Source of the DNA: Atractiella rhizophila
Taxonomy: Eukaryota
Assembly (NCBI GenBank): GCA_021432655.1
Contig: MU271274.1
Location: forward strand, 62,001 to 110,687
Direction of reading: 5' to 3'
Length of the DNA stretch: 48,687 bases
In this document: positions 24,222 to 35,523 of the stretch, one piece after another
Layout of the letters: the number at the start of each line of letters is the position of its first letter
Position numbering within the stretch: position 1 is the stretch's first letter
Notes under the pieces: generated by a model
Told to the model about the DNA's origin: nothing
Database searches by the model: none
Seen by the model: the letters and a program-made list of their open reading frames with translations, nothing else
Program-made: the position numbers and the translations under genes

Positions 24222-27200
24222 TTAGACAGCAGGAGTGTTGGCTCCAGCAGTTTCGTGGGCTCTGATCTCTTTGAAATGCTCCTCGTTCCACTGGAGGTAG
24301 GCGAGCCAGCGGTTCTTCTCAATCACTCCGACGTAGTAGCTAGATATATGTGAGCGATGTTGTTAAATGTCGGTCAGTAGAGAACCAACTCACCCTTTTT
24401 CGTCTACAACGATCAGGTATCTTGCTCCCAGTTTGACGAATAACTCGTGGAGAAGCTCCATTGGCGACTTTATGGACACTGTAAGAGGAGCCTGATCTAC
24501 AAGATATCCGAAATCGAGACCATTCCACTCGCTCTTCCCCGTTGTGTAGGACGCATCGTCGTCGAGATTCTTGAAGATACATCGGGTCTCGAAATCGCTG
24601 CCTTGCGATAGGGACAAACCATGCTCGAGCTCCGTGCAGTTGATGTAGCCATACATTCGATAATGACCATGGTCAGCCTTGAGGATGGGAAATCCACTTC
24701 CGCCTCCCTCAGCCACAATAAGAGAGAGCTTTTGTGCTAAGGAGGCTACAGTATTGTCTTCGTCGAGTGCAATGTATGGTGCTTCGACATCCGCAACATC
24801 AGTGACGGTCAAAGTATGGATGTGTTCTTCCTTCGCATCAAGGTAGGGCAGAGCGGCCAACCTTTCAATGACATCAACGACATTCCCTTCACTTGGATGC
24901 ATTCAACGGAAATGACATACTCAATAACGAGGTCATAGATACCCCTTCTTTCGATGGCATCCGCGACCGATTTAGCCAACAACACCGCGAGCATCACTGG
25001 GACGACGTAAGTGACGGAACCGGTGAGCTCCATGACGATGACGGCCAAAGAGACCGTGGTCCTCGTTACGCCAGCCAGGGTACCAGCAGCTCCGACCATT
25101 GCCCAAACTCCAGGGATGACGCACGCCTGGCCGAATACTGACTTGTCGTTCAGGTTGTCCCTGCAGAAGCCGAAGACGCTCGCCGTTGGATCCGCCCAGA
25201 AAGCCCACTCGACGAGCAAACCAGCGATTCTTCCAGCACACGCCCCAACGACCAAGGTAGGGATAAAGATACCGGCTAAGCAACATCGTCGCATTAGGTC
25301 ACGGTCTGCATGCATGACTTGTGCTTACCTGGTAGTTTGATGCCGAAGGTAATGATTGTAAGCAGGCCCTTGATAAGTAAAGCCATAAAGATCTTTGTGA
25401 CAAGGCTCCACACTTGACTGTGTTCCTTGATGCAAAGCCCATCGAAAGAGTCACGCTTATGACACTCAGAACTACCTCTCCCTCAGTATGGTGCCAACTT
25501 AACAAAGTAATCAGAACCCTCACAATAGCTCAAACACGAGCTCAGTGCCGCCCATTTTGGTAAACGGATTGAAGAAGGAAATGACAACGGTGAGAGCAGT
25601 GACGAGAACGACTTCCCAGACAGGGTGAAACTTGAGCCAGGTTCCCATCCGGACGTTCCTTGACCACCATATGTTTGCTTTCGAGAAGAGTGCTCCATAG
25701 AGACCACCAAAAATGCCCAATAGGATGAAACCTACAAACGAGATCAATTACCATCAACAGGGCCTGAGAGCCCGTACCGAAAAGTTCGACAAAATGCCAG
25801 TCGCGATCGTAGGTCACTTGGAAAAGTACAATCTTGCCCGTACCAAAAGGGTCCAGAAACTTGAGCATTGTAGCCGCGATCATCGCGCAGAAGAACGAGC
25901 GCCACATGACTTTAGGTGGGAAGTAATACCTACGGTACACTCAGCAAACGCGAGAGATAGAGTGCGGAGAGAACGCACGAAACTTCTTCCAAGCTGAACA
26001 AAGTCCCTCCAACGGGAGCACCAAAAGCGACTGCAACACCAGCGGCACAACTGGCACTAAGAAGCTCTCTACGTTTCGCTTCATTCGTATCATACTTCTT
26101 CGTAAACCTCGAAAAGATGTTTCCAATACAACTAGCAATGTGAACGAAGGGCCCTTCCTTCCCTAGAGACAATCCTGAAGCGACAGAGAGAGCCAACCCA
26201 ACGGCTTTGGTGAACAAGGTCCAGCTTCCCAGGTAACCGCGGATGACGAATCCAGAGAGGATTGTTTTGATCTCTGGAATACCTGAACCCGCAGCGAAGT
26301 ACATCACCTTTCGCTGTCGTCCGCCTGCATCAGGTTGTACGATTCCGCCCGTGGAAGTGACGTTGGGAGCAGGGGTTTGATCGAGGGTTCCATATGACTT
26401 GCCGTTGGAAGAAGAAGCGAGAACGGTGCGCTCGGAAAGGTTTTGACTGTGAGCGTCCGAATCGACCAATGGTTGGCTAGAGGAAGAGAGTGTCGCGGCG
26501 TGAGTTTTGTCCTTGGAAGAAACGACGGATTCGGAAGAAGACAAATAAACCGTCATGAGGGACGATAAGGTCGCAAAACACAACTAGAGATAGAGAGAGA
26601 AGATCAGCTCGTTTTCACAAACTCACGATTTGCAAAGAGATTAACATACGGCGATGAAGACGAAAGATATGAAATTGAGTCCCCAACTCTCGCCTTCCTC
26701 ATCACCCGCCATCCATGACGATGACGGCCAAAGAGACCGTGGTCCTCGTTACGCCAGCCAGGGTGCCAGCAGCTCCGACCATTGCCCAAACTCCAGGGAT
26801 GACGCACGCTTGGCCGAATACTGACTTGTCGTTCAGGTTGTCCCTGCAGAAGCCGAAGACGCTCGCCGTTGGATCCGCCCAGAACGCCCACTCGACGAGC
26901 AAACCAGCGATTCTTCCCGCACACGCTCCAACGACCAAGGTAGGGATGAAGATACCAGCTAAGCAACATAGTCGCATTAGGTCACGGTCTGCATGCATGA
27001 CTTGTGCTTACCTGGTAGTTTGATGCCGAAGGTAATGATTGTAAGCAGTCCCTTGATGAGTAATGCCATAAAGATCTTCGTGACAAGGCTCCACACTTGA
27101 CTGTGTTCCTTGATGCAAAGCCCATCAAAAGAGTCACGCTTATGACACTCAGAACTACCTCTCCTTCAGTATGGTGCCAACGAAACAAAGTAATGAGAAC

Positions 27201-29954
27201 CCTCACAATAGCTCAAACACGAGCTCAGTGCCGCCCATTTTGGTAAACGGATTGAAGAAGGAAATGACGACGGTGAGAGCAGTGACGAGAACGACTTCCC
27301 AGACAGGGTGAAACTTGAGCCAGGTTCCCATCCGAACGTTCCTTGACCACCATATGTTTGCTTTCGAGAAGAGTGCTCCGTAGAGACCACCAAAAATGCC
27401 CAATAGGATGAAACCTACAAACGAGATCAATTACCATCAACAGGGCCTGAGAGCCCGTACCGAAAAGTTCGACAAAATGCCAGTCGCGATCGTAGGTCAC
27501 TTGGAAAAGTACAATCTTGCCCGTACCGAAAGGGTCCAGAAACTTGAGCATTGTAGCCGCGATCATCGCGCAAAAGAACGAGCGCCACATGACTTTAGGT
27601 GGGAAGTAATACCTACCGTACACTCAGCTAACGCGAGAGATAGAGTGCGGAGAGAACGCACGAAACTTCTTCCAAGCTGAACAAAGTCCCTCCAACGGGA
27701 GCACCAAAAGCGACTGCAACACCAGCGGCACAACTGGCACTAAGAAGCTCTCTACGTTTCGCTTCATTCGTATCATACTTCTTCGTGAACCTCGAAAAGA
27801 TGTTCCCAATGCAACTAGCAATATGAACGAAAGGCCCTTCCTTCCCGAGAGACAATCCTGAAGCGACGGAGAGAGCCAACCCAACGGCTTTGGTGAACAA
27901 GGTCCAGCTTCCCAGGTAACCACGAATGACGAATCCAGAGAGGATCGTTTTGATCTCTGGAATTCCTGAACCCGCAGCGAAGTACATCACCTTTCGCTGT
28001 CGTCCGCCTCCATCAGGTTGTACGATTCCGCCTGTGGAAGGCACGTTGGGAGATGGGGTTTGGTCGAGGGTTCCATAGGACTTGCCGTTGGAAGACGAAG
28101 CGAGAACGGTGCGCTCGGAAAGGTTTTGACTATGAGCGTCCGAATCGACCAATGGTTGGCTAGAGGAAGCGAGCGTCGAGGCGTGAGTTTTGTCCTTGGA
28201 AGAAACGACGGATTCGGAAGAAGACAAATAAACCGTCATGAGGGACGATAAGGTCGCAAAACACAACTAGAGATAGAGAGAGAAGATCAGCTCGTTTTCA
28301 CAAACTCACGATTTGCAAAGAGATTAACATACGGCGATGAAGACGAAAGATATGAAATTGAGTCCCCAACTCTCGCCTTCCTCATCACCCGCCTTCAGGC
28401 CTTGCAACACTTGGCTCCACTCTCTCCAAGTATCACACACAGCTTCCGCACCTTCATCCGCCTTCCAGCCTTGAATAAACCGCGATCCACGAGAAGTGGA
28501 GGGTACGAGACCTTTACAACAAAATCGTTTGGGGCGGAATGGATTGGTTGTGCAGTATCCCTCCTTGAGGTCGAAGAGCCACATTTCGGATCTGACGATG
28601 AAGAACGCGATCAGGGCAGTTCCGAGCGCGACGACCGTCACGAGAAACCAATCCAGGAATCCGTCGAGGAAATTCTTGAGTCTACCTTCGAATCCACGTA
28701 ATCGACGAAGCTTGCGAACGCGGAGTGATTCTTTGATCATGTCGTGGATCCAGTCGATGGTTGTGAAGTTGTGGTACCATACTCTCACTCCATTCCCTCC
28801 TTCACCTGCCACCCGCCCCACCCGCTTGTTAGTTTTTGAACACTTCCTCGTATCAAAAGCGCTCTGTCGCTGTCAATAGGTACGCGAGTAAAACTGGTTC
28901 ACGCCATATACTTGAGGCCAAACGCAGCGAGAACGAGATGTCTGACCTGCAGTGGAACCACAGAAGGAAGGTTCAAATCTAAACCACTTTGGAGAATTGG
29001 CAGTGGGGAGGACACAGGGGCCAAGGGTCACATCTGACCTAAACCGAAAGCTCTAATCGACTTGAAGACAAAAAGAACTGACAGCGACGTGAGAAAAATG
29101 AAAGGATCTGGAAACACCCAGGCACTCCTTTGTCCATTTCCATGATGGCGTCTCTTTATGCGCCAACATGTCACGTCGCACTCTCCAGCCAATGTGCAAT
29201 AGCGGAGCGAGGACGCTCTATGTCAAGACGGCCTTACTTGGTACACGAATCTACGAGGCAGTAAGAAGGAATTGGTAATGACATGAAGGTTCGCTTTATC
29301 CACTCTTTGAAGGACATAACATCCTCTATGTTTGACAAAACCAGAATGGTGTGAGATACCAGAAAAGTATTCTTTAAGAGAAAACTCCCACTCCTCACAC
29401 AACGTCAGAGCCAAGAAACAACACTCACCCATCAAATACTCTTCTTTAAACTCCGCATCATACCCTCTCTCCCTCGACCTCCCGATCCTCTTCCTCTCCC
29501 TACTCCCACCAGCTCTCACCGTTCCCTCTCCATCCTCCTCCTCACTCACCTCCTCATCCGCACCCAACCTCAACGCCAAAGCCCTCTTAACCCGTCCACC
29601 CAAACTCCCCTTCCTCCCCGTACTCAACAACTCTCCAAATCCCCCAAAGCTCATACTCATCCTCGGCGACGTCGGAGGGCTCCCCAAACTGCCCACCGAC
29701 GCGCCCACGCTCCCACTGCGAAGTGGCCTGTTCGCGTCGCCGCTCCTTGAACGGGGTATGCCTGCGCCTCCTCCGCTAGAGGAGTGTTGCTGGAAGTGAT
29801 GCTGGGAGAGGGAACGACGGAAGGAGGCTCCGGCGGAGGAGGAAGAGGTGGGATGGACGGTGGACGAGCGCGGGATGGGCAGACGGGGACGGGGCGTGTC
29901 TGGTGGAGGAAGGGGAAGGGATGATGGGGAAGGGAGGGGCGATGTGCTGTCCAT
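24222..29954 (-). CDS. CLC chloride channel / Cl-/H+ antiporter (Gef1/ClC-3-like) with CBS domains; interrupted as assembled by an internal duplication
   Basis: [81 protein letters not shown], and CBS region GFPIL...[23 protein letters not shown]. Confidence 0.93.
25029..28393. repeat. Tandem duplication with period 1683 bp inside the CLC gene (25029-26710 and 26712-28393)
   Basis: Paired ORFs in the track are offset by 1683. The copies differ mainly by silent SNPs. A single A at 26711 lies at the junction. Confidence 0.97.
28838..29372. mobile_element. Possible non-autonomous (MITE-like) insertion in CLC intron 1
   Basis: Intron 28806-29428 is 623 nt, versus about 50-80 nt elsewhere. It has imperfect inverted ends GAACACTTCCTCGTATC / GATACCAGAAAAGTATTC with TTT on both flanks. 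Confidence 0.35.
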
Positions 29955-30244
29955 GGGTGATTAGTGTCGATATGCAGCCGATGAGAACGAGTAGATGGAT
30001 GGATAGATGGCGATTGGCGAAATGCTGGGACAGAGGGATAATGCTAGCAATAATGCTAGCAATGGGAGAAGCTCCTGGCCGTTGCTTGGCGAGGTTCAAA
30101 CCACCTTTAAGTAACCTTTTCTCTTTTTCTCTGCTTCTAGCTTCAAGCTTCAAATAAGTTCATTCATTCATTCATTCACACATGTTCCACTGAAGAATTC
30201 ATAGTACATTGATTCAGCATTTATTCTGACAGAATTAACCGAAA

Positions 30245-32028
30245 TCATGAATCGAAATCCTGATGTTCCCGCCTGACAAACATGTCGATTCTATCACCAT
30301 CCCTCCACTTCCCCTCCCCCATCCTCTCTCTCTCCTCACTCGCCCCCACCGCACCATTCCCATTCCCACCTGTACCCCCATTGCGATGTCCCGAAGCAGG
30401 AGTTCCAGTGGAATTAGAATTCCTAACCGCCCGCCCAACGACTTCCGGATCAAGCACATCCTCATCGATATTCCTCCCCCTCAGCTCTTCCATCTCCCTC
30501 GTCCCTCCTCCACCACCACCGCTTCCACTTCCACGTGCACGCAGACCGCCGCCGGTAGTAGGGGTGTTTCCGTCTGGCGAGTCAGGCTCGACTTCGATGG
30601 GTATGTCCCGTCCATCCGTGTCGGGGTCGAGGTCCATCGTTGCTCCCATCGCGAGAGAGGAGAGCCCGGCTGAGAAGTTTGACCCCCTCCTCCTCCTCCT
30701 GCTGTCATAGCTGCAGATCCTGATCCAGAAGCGAGAGAGGTAGGTCCGGATTCGATCCCTCCACCGACGCCGTTCGAGTCTGACCTCCCTCCTTCGACCA
30801 TCTCCAATCCCGTCCTCGAAGCCGAATGATTGGGCACGTATCTCGCTCTCTTCTATTCGCCATGCCACATCCAAAAATCCAAAATCAACGTCGACGAAAG
30901 GGATATGAAGTGAGGTGGGGAGGACGAACCAATTTACCCATATCCCCTTCTTTCCTCGCTTCCTCCCTCTTCCTCTTCGTTCCCATCTTCTCGGCATCCC
31001 TCTGCAACACGCAGAGTCGCCTCAAACCTTCCGGTACGGCTTCCATCGTCGAACAAGAGGCGAGATGCTCTCGTATGACCGCTGGTCTCTTGAAACCCGA
31101 ATTAGAGTGTCTGAAGTGGAACACTCCACATCTACACTCTGGCGAATTGACGAGCTACATCACCAATCCATCAACAATCGTCGATCTTTTATTCAAAAAA
31201 AAAGAAAAAGGGAGAGGAGAGAAAAGACACACCTGACCACGCAGCCAATCGTTACCCGGCCCAATCCCATCCCACGGCCAGACCTCGATTCCGGCTCTGA
31301 CGACCTTCCAATGACTCCTCGGGCCAAACTCGATCCTCTCAAACTCCTCTTCGGCCGCCGTCGCCCCGCTCGGATACACTATCGCGCTCGGCGAGTTCAC
31401 GGGTCGGAGCAGGCGGTGGTCCCAGTAGATGACGAGGGTGTCGGTGGAGAGGGTGCAGTGGAGGTCGGAGGCTGAGCCTTCGGATTTGACGCCGTAGGGA
31501 ACGGAGGGTGGGTGGGTTGGTGGTGCTGTGTGTGTTGTCGTTGTTGTTGTGGCTGGTCCTGGTGGTCCTGAGGGTGTGGCGGGTAGGGAGGTGGGTGGAG
31601 AGGGTTGAGTTATACGTGTGGGGATGGGATGTAATCGACGATGAGAGGTGGTGGGTTGAAGAGCTGAAGAAGATGCGTGTTCGGGAGGACTTCCATTAGC
31701 CCATGCATTTGCCGTATCTACATCCAAGCATCCATTCAATCCCAATCCATAGAACACAGAAAAGAAAAATAATAAGAGTAGACGCACGTAAGCAAGCGAC
31801 AGCCAATCCGAGGACATGTCCACTCGGCAAAAGACCAGCGGTCGACTGAGACACGAGGACCTCAGCGAGCTGGTCCCACTTGAGGACGTTCGCTCCGAGG
31901 TGTATGCCGTCGCCTGAGACGGAGACGTCGTCGTGGTGCTGGTCGTCCTCGCTCGGCTGTGGCTGAGGCTGGAGGAGGGTGCGGTGGACGTACGGCGTTG
32001 AAGCGGAGGGAGGGCGAGAGATGGACAT
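30245..32028 (-). CDS. Uncharacterised putative Zn-finger nuclear protein, paralogue A
   Basis: Four exons inferred. N-domain VSVSGDGIHLGANVLKWDQLAEVL..LGL; C-domain IEFGPRS..GNDWLR..CRC..KRPAVIREHLASC..LRRLCVLQRDA; basic KRKRE motif; disordered tail with VLDPEV. Confidence 0.7.
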
Positions 32029-32242
32029 CGCAGACTCAACGTTCGTTGTTGGCCTTGTTGCTGACGTTGGTCGCTTGTCCTTCTCTTGATGTCTGTTGAT
32101 GACCTGACCCCTTCTCCAGCAATCCATCAATCAATCAATCAGCTAGCTGGCCTGAAATATGGATGCTCAGTAACAAGTGCATCTTAGCTTGTGGAATAGA
32201 TATTGCAATAACATAAGTCCACAAGGTAGCACAAGTACAACC

Positions 32243-32860
32243 ATGTCCTACCCAACCAACCCAGCCATCCTCCTCCCCCTGCTCTTCGAAAACCACCCCC
32301 TCCTCAGCACCCACCTCATCCCCTCCCTCCCACCCAACACAACATACAAACCCACAACCCTCGTCCCCACCTCCATCACCATCATCCAATCCTGGCCTCT
32401 CCCCCTCCGCGCCTCCTTCCTCCACTCCCATCCCACGCATCGGAGCTCCCGTCCAACATCTAAGTGCGGCGTCGAAAGGGGAGCAAACGCGCGGAGAAGG
32501 CGGTGAAGCATGTCCACCCGAAGTGGTGGAGACCTTGAAGGTATATGTTCATGTCTAATTTATTTTGATGTAAAACTGAAGGGAAGATGGCAGGTCTTGA
32601 ATGCCAGATACGAGGATCTCTTTCCCGGGTTACGGTACATCACCTTTGTCAATTCGCGCTCTCGTTCTGCCATCGCTTCCGAACTCGAATCTAGGATCAA
32701 GGAGTGGGAAGCTGTGTTGAGGGAGGAGGGAAAAGGGAAGGAGAGGTTTGAAGTGGAGAGCGAGAGGTGGAAGGGAGAGGTGGAGCGAGCGGTGAGGGAG
32801 GTGGGATTGATTGCTGAGAGCAGGGCTAAAAAGTTGGAGAGCGAGGATCGGATTTCGTAG
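32243..32860 (+). CDS. OHCU decarboxylase (UraD/PRHOXNB)-like protein, with an apparent +1 frameshift
   Basis: LLFE...; HPRIG..LSAASKGEQ is restored by removing one C at 32432-32434; LNARYEDLFPGLRYITFVNSRSR; EVERAVREVGLIAESR. Confidence 0.8.
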
Positions 32861-33062
32861 AATGAAGAGTGTGGTGCATGGAAGCGAGGAAGCGTGGAGC
32901 AGAGTGGAAAGAGAACAACAGATTGGATGCAAAGAAACGACGTAACATGTATCACTTTTGACTTTTCAGCCCTTCCACCTTCCCTCCACCAACTATATCG
33001 TTATCGTCTTCTCATCCTATCATCCAACCATCTTGCAATGCCACGCTTAAAACGATCCTCGA

Positions 33063-33878
33063 TTATCGCGGCGGTGGAGGCATGAACCTATCTCCACAAG
33101 CATCAGCCTTCTCTCCAACAGACAAGCAAAGAAAGGAAAGATGGTAAGGGATGAACAAACCCAGGTGGTGGTCCAGAGAACCCAGGAGGAGGCATCATGC
33201 CTGGTAACATCCCAGGTGGGGGCGGAGGAAGGCCTGGTGCGCCTGGAGGACGAGGGGGGAATGGCATCGGACCACCGCGCATCATTCCCGCTAAGATACC
33301 ATCAGACACAACTCACTCGCTGCTGATGACAGAGAGAGGAGACGTACGTGGTGGTGCTAGCCCCACTCCACGTCCTACCGCACGACCAACGCCAGGTCCA
33401 GGAAGGATCTAATTACAAAGAAGAATGGAGAATGAGATGACACCCTTTAGAAGAGAAGAAAGAGAGGACAAACATTCGGCTGCTTGCTCTCGTCAACTAC
33501 AGGCGGAGGACCTTCCACAGAGATAGAAACGATAGTCTCTCCTCTAAGGATAGTCAATCCCAACGACCTCTTAATCTCCTGCAACCTATTACTGCCCTCC
33601 TCTCCATCAACAACCATCTTCTCCCCCGTTCCACCGACACCAGCACCTCCCGCATCCTTCTTCTTCTTCATCTTGATCGTCCTAAACTCTTCACACTCCG
33701 CCAACACCAAGTTCATGTGCTTGTCGAAGGCGAGCAGCTGTCCAATCAACGTCCGAGAGTCGTTCAACGTCACGCGAACCCGATAATGGATGAGGCCCAT
33801 CAATTTCCCCCCTTTTTTCGTAGACTATCCCCCTCCTCAGCTTCCAGTACGCGCTACCGAAGAAAAGAGACTCACCAT
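33063..33878 (-). CDS. SMB1: Small nuclear ribonucleoprotein SmB/B'
   Basis: Exon 1 coding part is ATG only; RVTLNDSRTLIGQLLAFDKHMNLVLAECEEFR; RSLGLTILRGETIVSISVEGPPP; G/R/P-rich tail. Confidence 0.95.
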
Positions 33879-33974
33879 TTTGGTCCGCTTGCTGCTTGAA
33901 ACGAGTCCCAAAAAAGTCCGTTTGGAGAATGAAGAATAGGTGGCGAACAAAGTGCGGGTGAGATCCGCCCGCTG

Positions 33975-34003
33975 AACCCTAACTCGTTACCTGACAACCC
34001 TAA
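33975..34003. promoter_or_regulatory. Two telobox (AACCCTAA) motifs in the SmB/RPL11 bidirectional promoter
   Basis: AACCCTAA at 33975-33982 and 33996-34003 within the 202-bp divergent intergenic region. Confidence 0.6.
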
Positions 34004-34080
34004 GACGAGGCTCGCGTATTTTCCACTTGACACGCCAAACGACAGACTTGAGGTAAGGAAGGGAAAGGTGGACTCATACA

Positions 34081-34901
34081 ATGGTTCGTCCCTTTTTATG
34101 CTCCCAGAGGTGCATGGGAGTGATGGTGGATGGATTGGGATAGGCTGACGAAAAGAAATCCGTCAATCCTAACGTGAGCGTTCCTCCTCACACATAGGGA
34201 CAACAACTGACGATTCTGATATTGACAGAGGGAGCTCCGCATCGAGAAGCTCGTCATCAGTCCGTCTCCTGCATTTTCGTCTGCACCTCCCTCATTCTAA
34301 TCCATGTTCTCTGCAATGACAGACATTTCGGTTGGCGAGTCTGGAGATCGTCTAACACGAGCATCCAAGGTGTTGGAACAACTCACCGGTCAATCCCCCG
34401 TCACTTCCAAGGCGCGATACACGATTCGATCGTTCGGTATCCGTCGTAACGAAAAGATTGCGGTTCACGTCACCATCCGTGGACCGAAAGCGGAGGAGAT
34501 TTTGGAGAGGGCTTTGAAGGTGAAGGAGTACGAGTTGAAGAGGAGGAACTTTAGCGAGACTGGAAATTTTGGGTTTGGCATTCAGGAGCATATCGATTTG
34601 GGCATCAAGTATGATCCTGCTATTGGGTAAGCACTTGCTCTCTGCATGTTGTCAAGGCGGAGAGTGAATGGGATCGTATAGTATCTTCGGAATGGACTTC
34701 TATGTCTGCATGGGACGTCCTGGTGCCCGAGTAGCGAGGCGAAAGAGGTGCAAGTCTCGAGTTGGATCTTCCCACAGGGTGAAGAAGGAGGATTCTCAAG
34801 CTTGGTTCAAACAGCGAGTGAGTCTTTCTTCCTCAGCAAGTCATGGGTGAGATGCTGAATCTTGTGGACAGTTCGACGGTATCATTTCGAACAAGGCTTA
34901 G
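34081..34901 (+). CDS. RPL11: 60S ribosomal protein L11 (uL5)
   Basis: [34 protein letters not shown]...[17 protein letters not shown]...[28 protein letters not shown]; six exons. Confidence 0.98.
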
Positions 34902-35523
34902 ATACTCTTCGTACACTTCGACTGTTTATGCCGCCATCCCTCTATTCTTTGTATGCCAGCAATGCAATCCTACACCATATCTTCATGCCTTCCCATTGCT
35001 TCTTCTTGCTCCTTGTTGACTGTTGAACGTGGATAAGACTGGATAAGAGCGCAATAAGAAGCCACAACCTTGACAGGAGGAACTCTGGTGTTGGACGGCT
35101 GTCCGAGAGAAGTATGGCTATTAGGGTTAGAATTAAGAATCGGCAGATGGAACATTGACTCTGATTTGAATTGATGACTGCCACGCTCGACACGAGGAGC
35201 AAAAGCCGAGAGCCAGCTTCTTCAACGAACTCCAACTCCAAACACAACGACCACCTCCAACGATCCAACGACCAGCCCTGTTTGCGCCATCGCTAACGCG
35301 GACGTCTGGACTAGCCCCATCGTTACTTCCACGGCTCTACCGTATAACTGCCAGCTTCTCCTTCCCCTAACGATTGGAACGACAGACCGCGGCATCTCTC
35401 TCCGACCACACGATCACCTGCTTCTTTTCGAACGAGTCCATCGTGCCCTGGAAAAGTTCAGAGCATTCGATCGCACATCGCACTCGCACCCGCACCCGCA
35501 CTCGCACTCTGCTCGTCGATGGG

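Noticed and set aside
30038..30180. 12-bp duplication ATAATGCTAGCA x2 and (TTCA)5 microsatellite
   Set aside because: Ordinary slippage repeats with no further structure.
5055..32860. Purine catabolism cluster (AMP deaminase plus OHCU decarboxylase)
   Set aside because: The genes are about 24 kb apart with unrelated genes between, and no other pathway genes are present.
33975..34003. Telomere or interstitial telomeric array
   Set aside because: Only two isolated 8-mers in a promoter, not a tandem array.
35480..35510. CGCACY hexamer run read as RTRTRT in ORF 35374-35925
   Set aside because: It lies upstream of the likely ATG at 35524 and is a 5' UTR microsatellite; the longer ORF starts at TTG.
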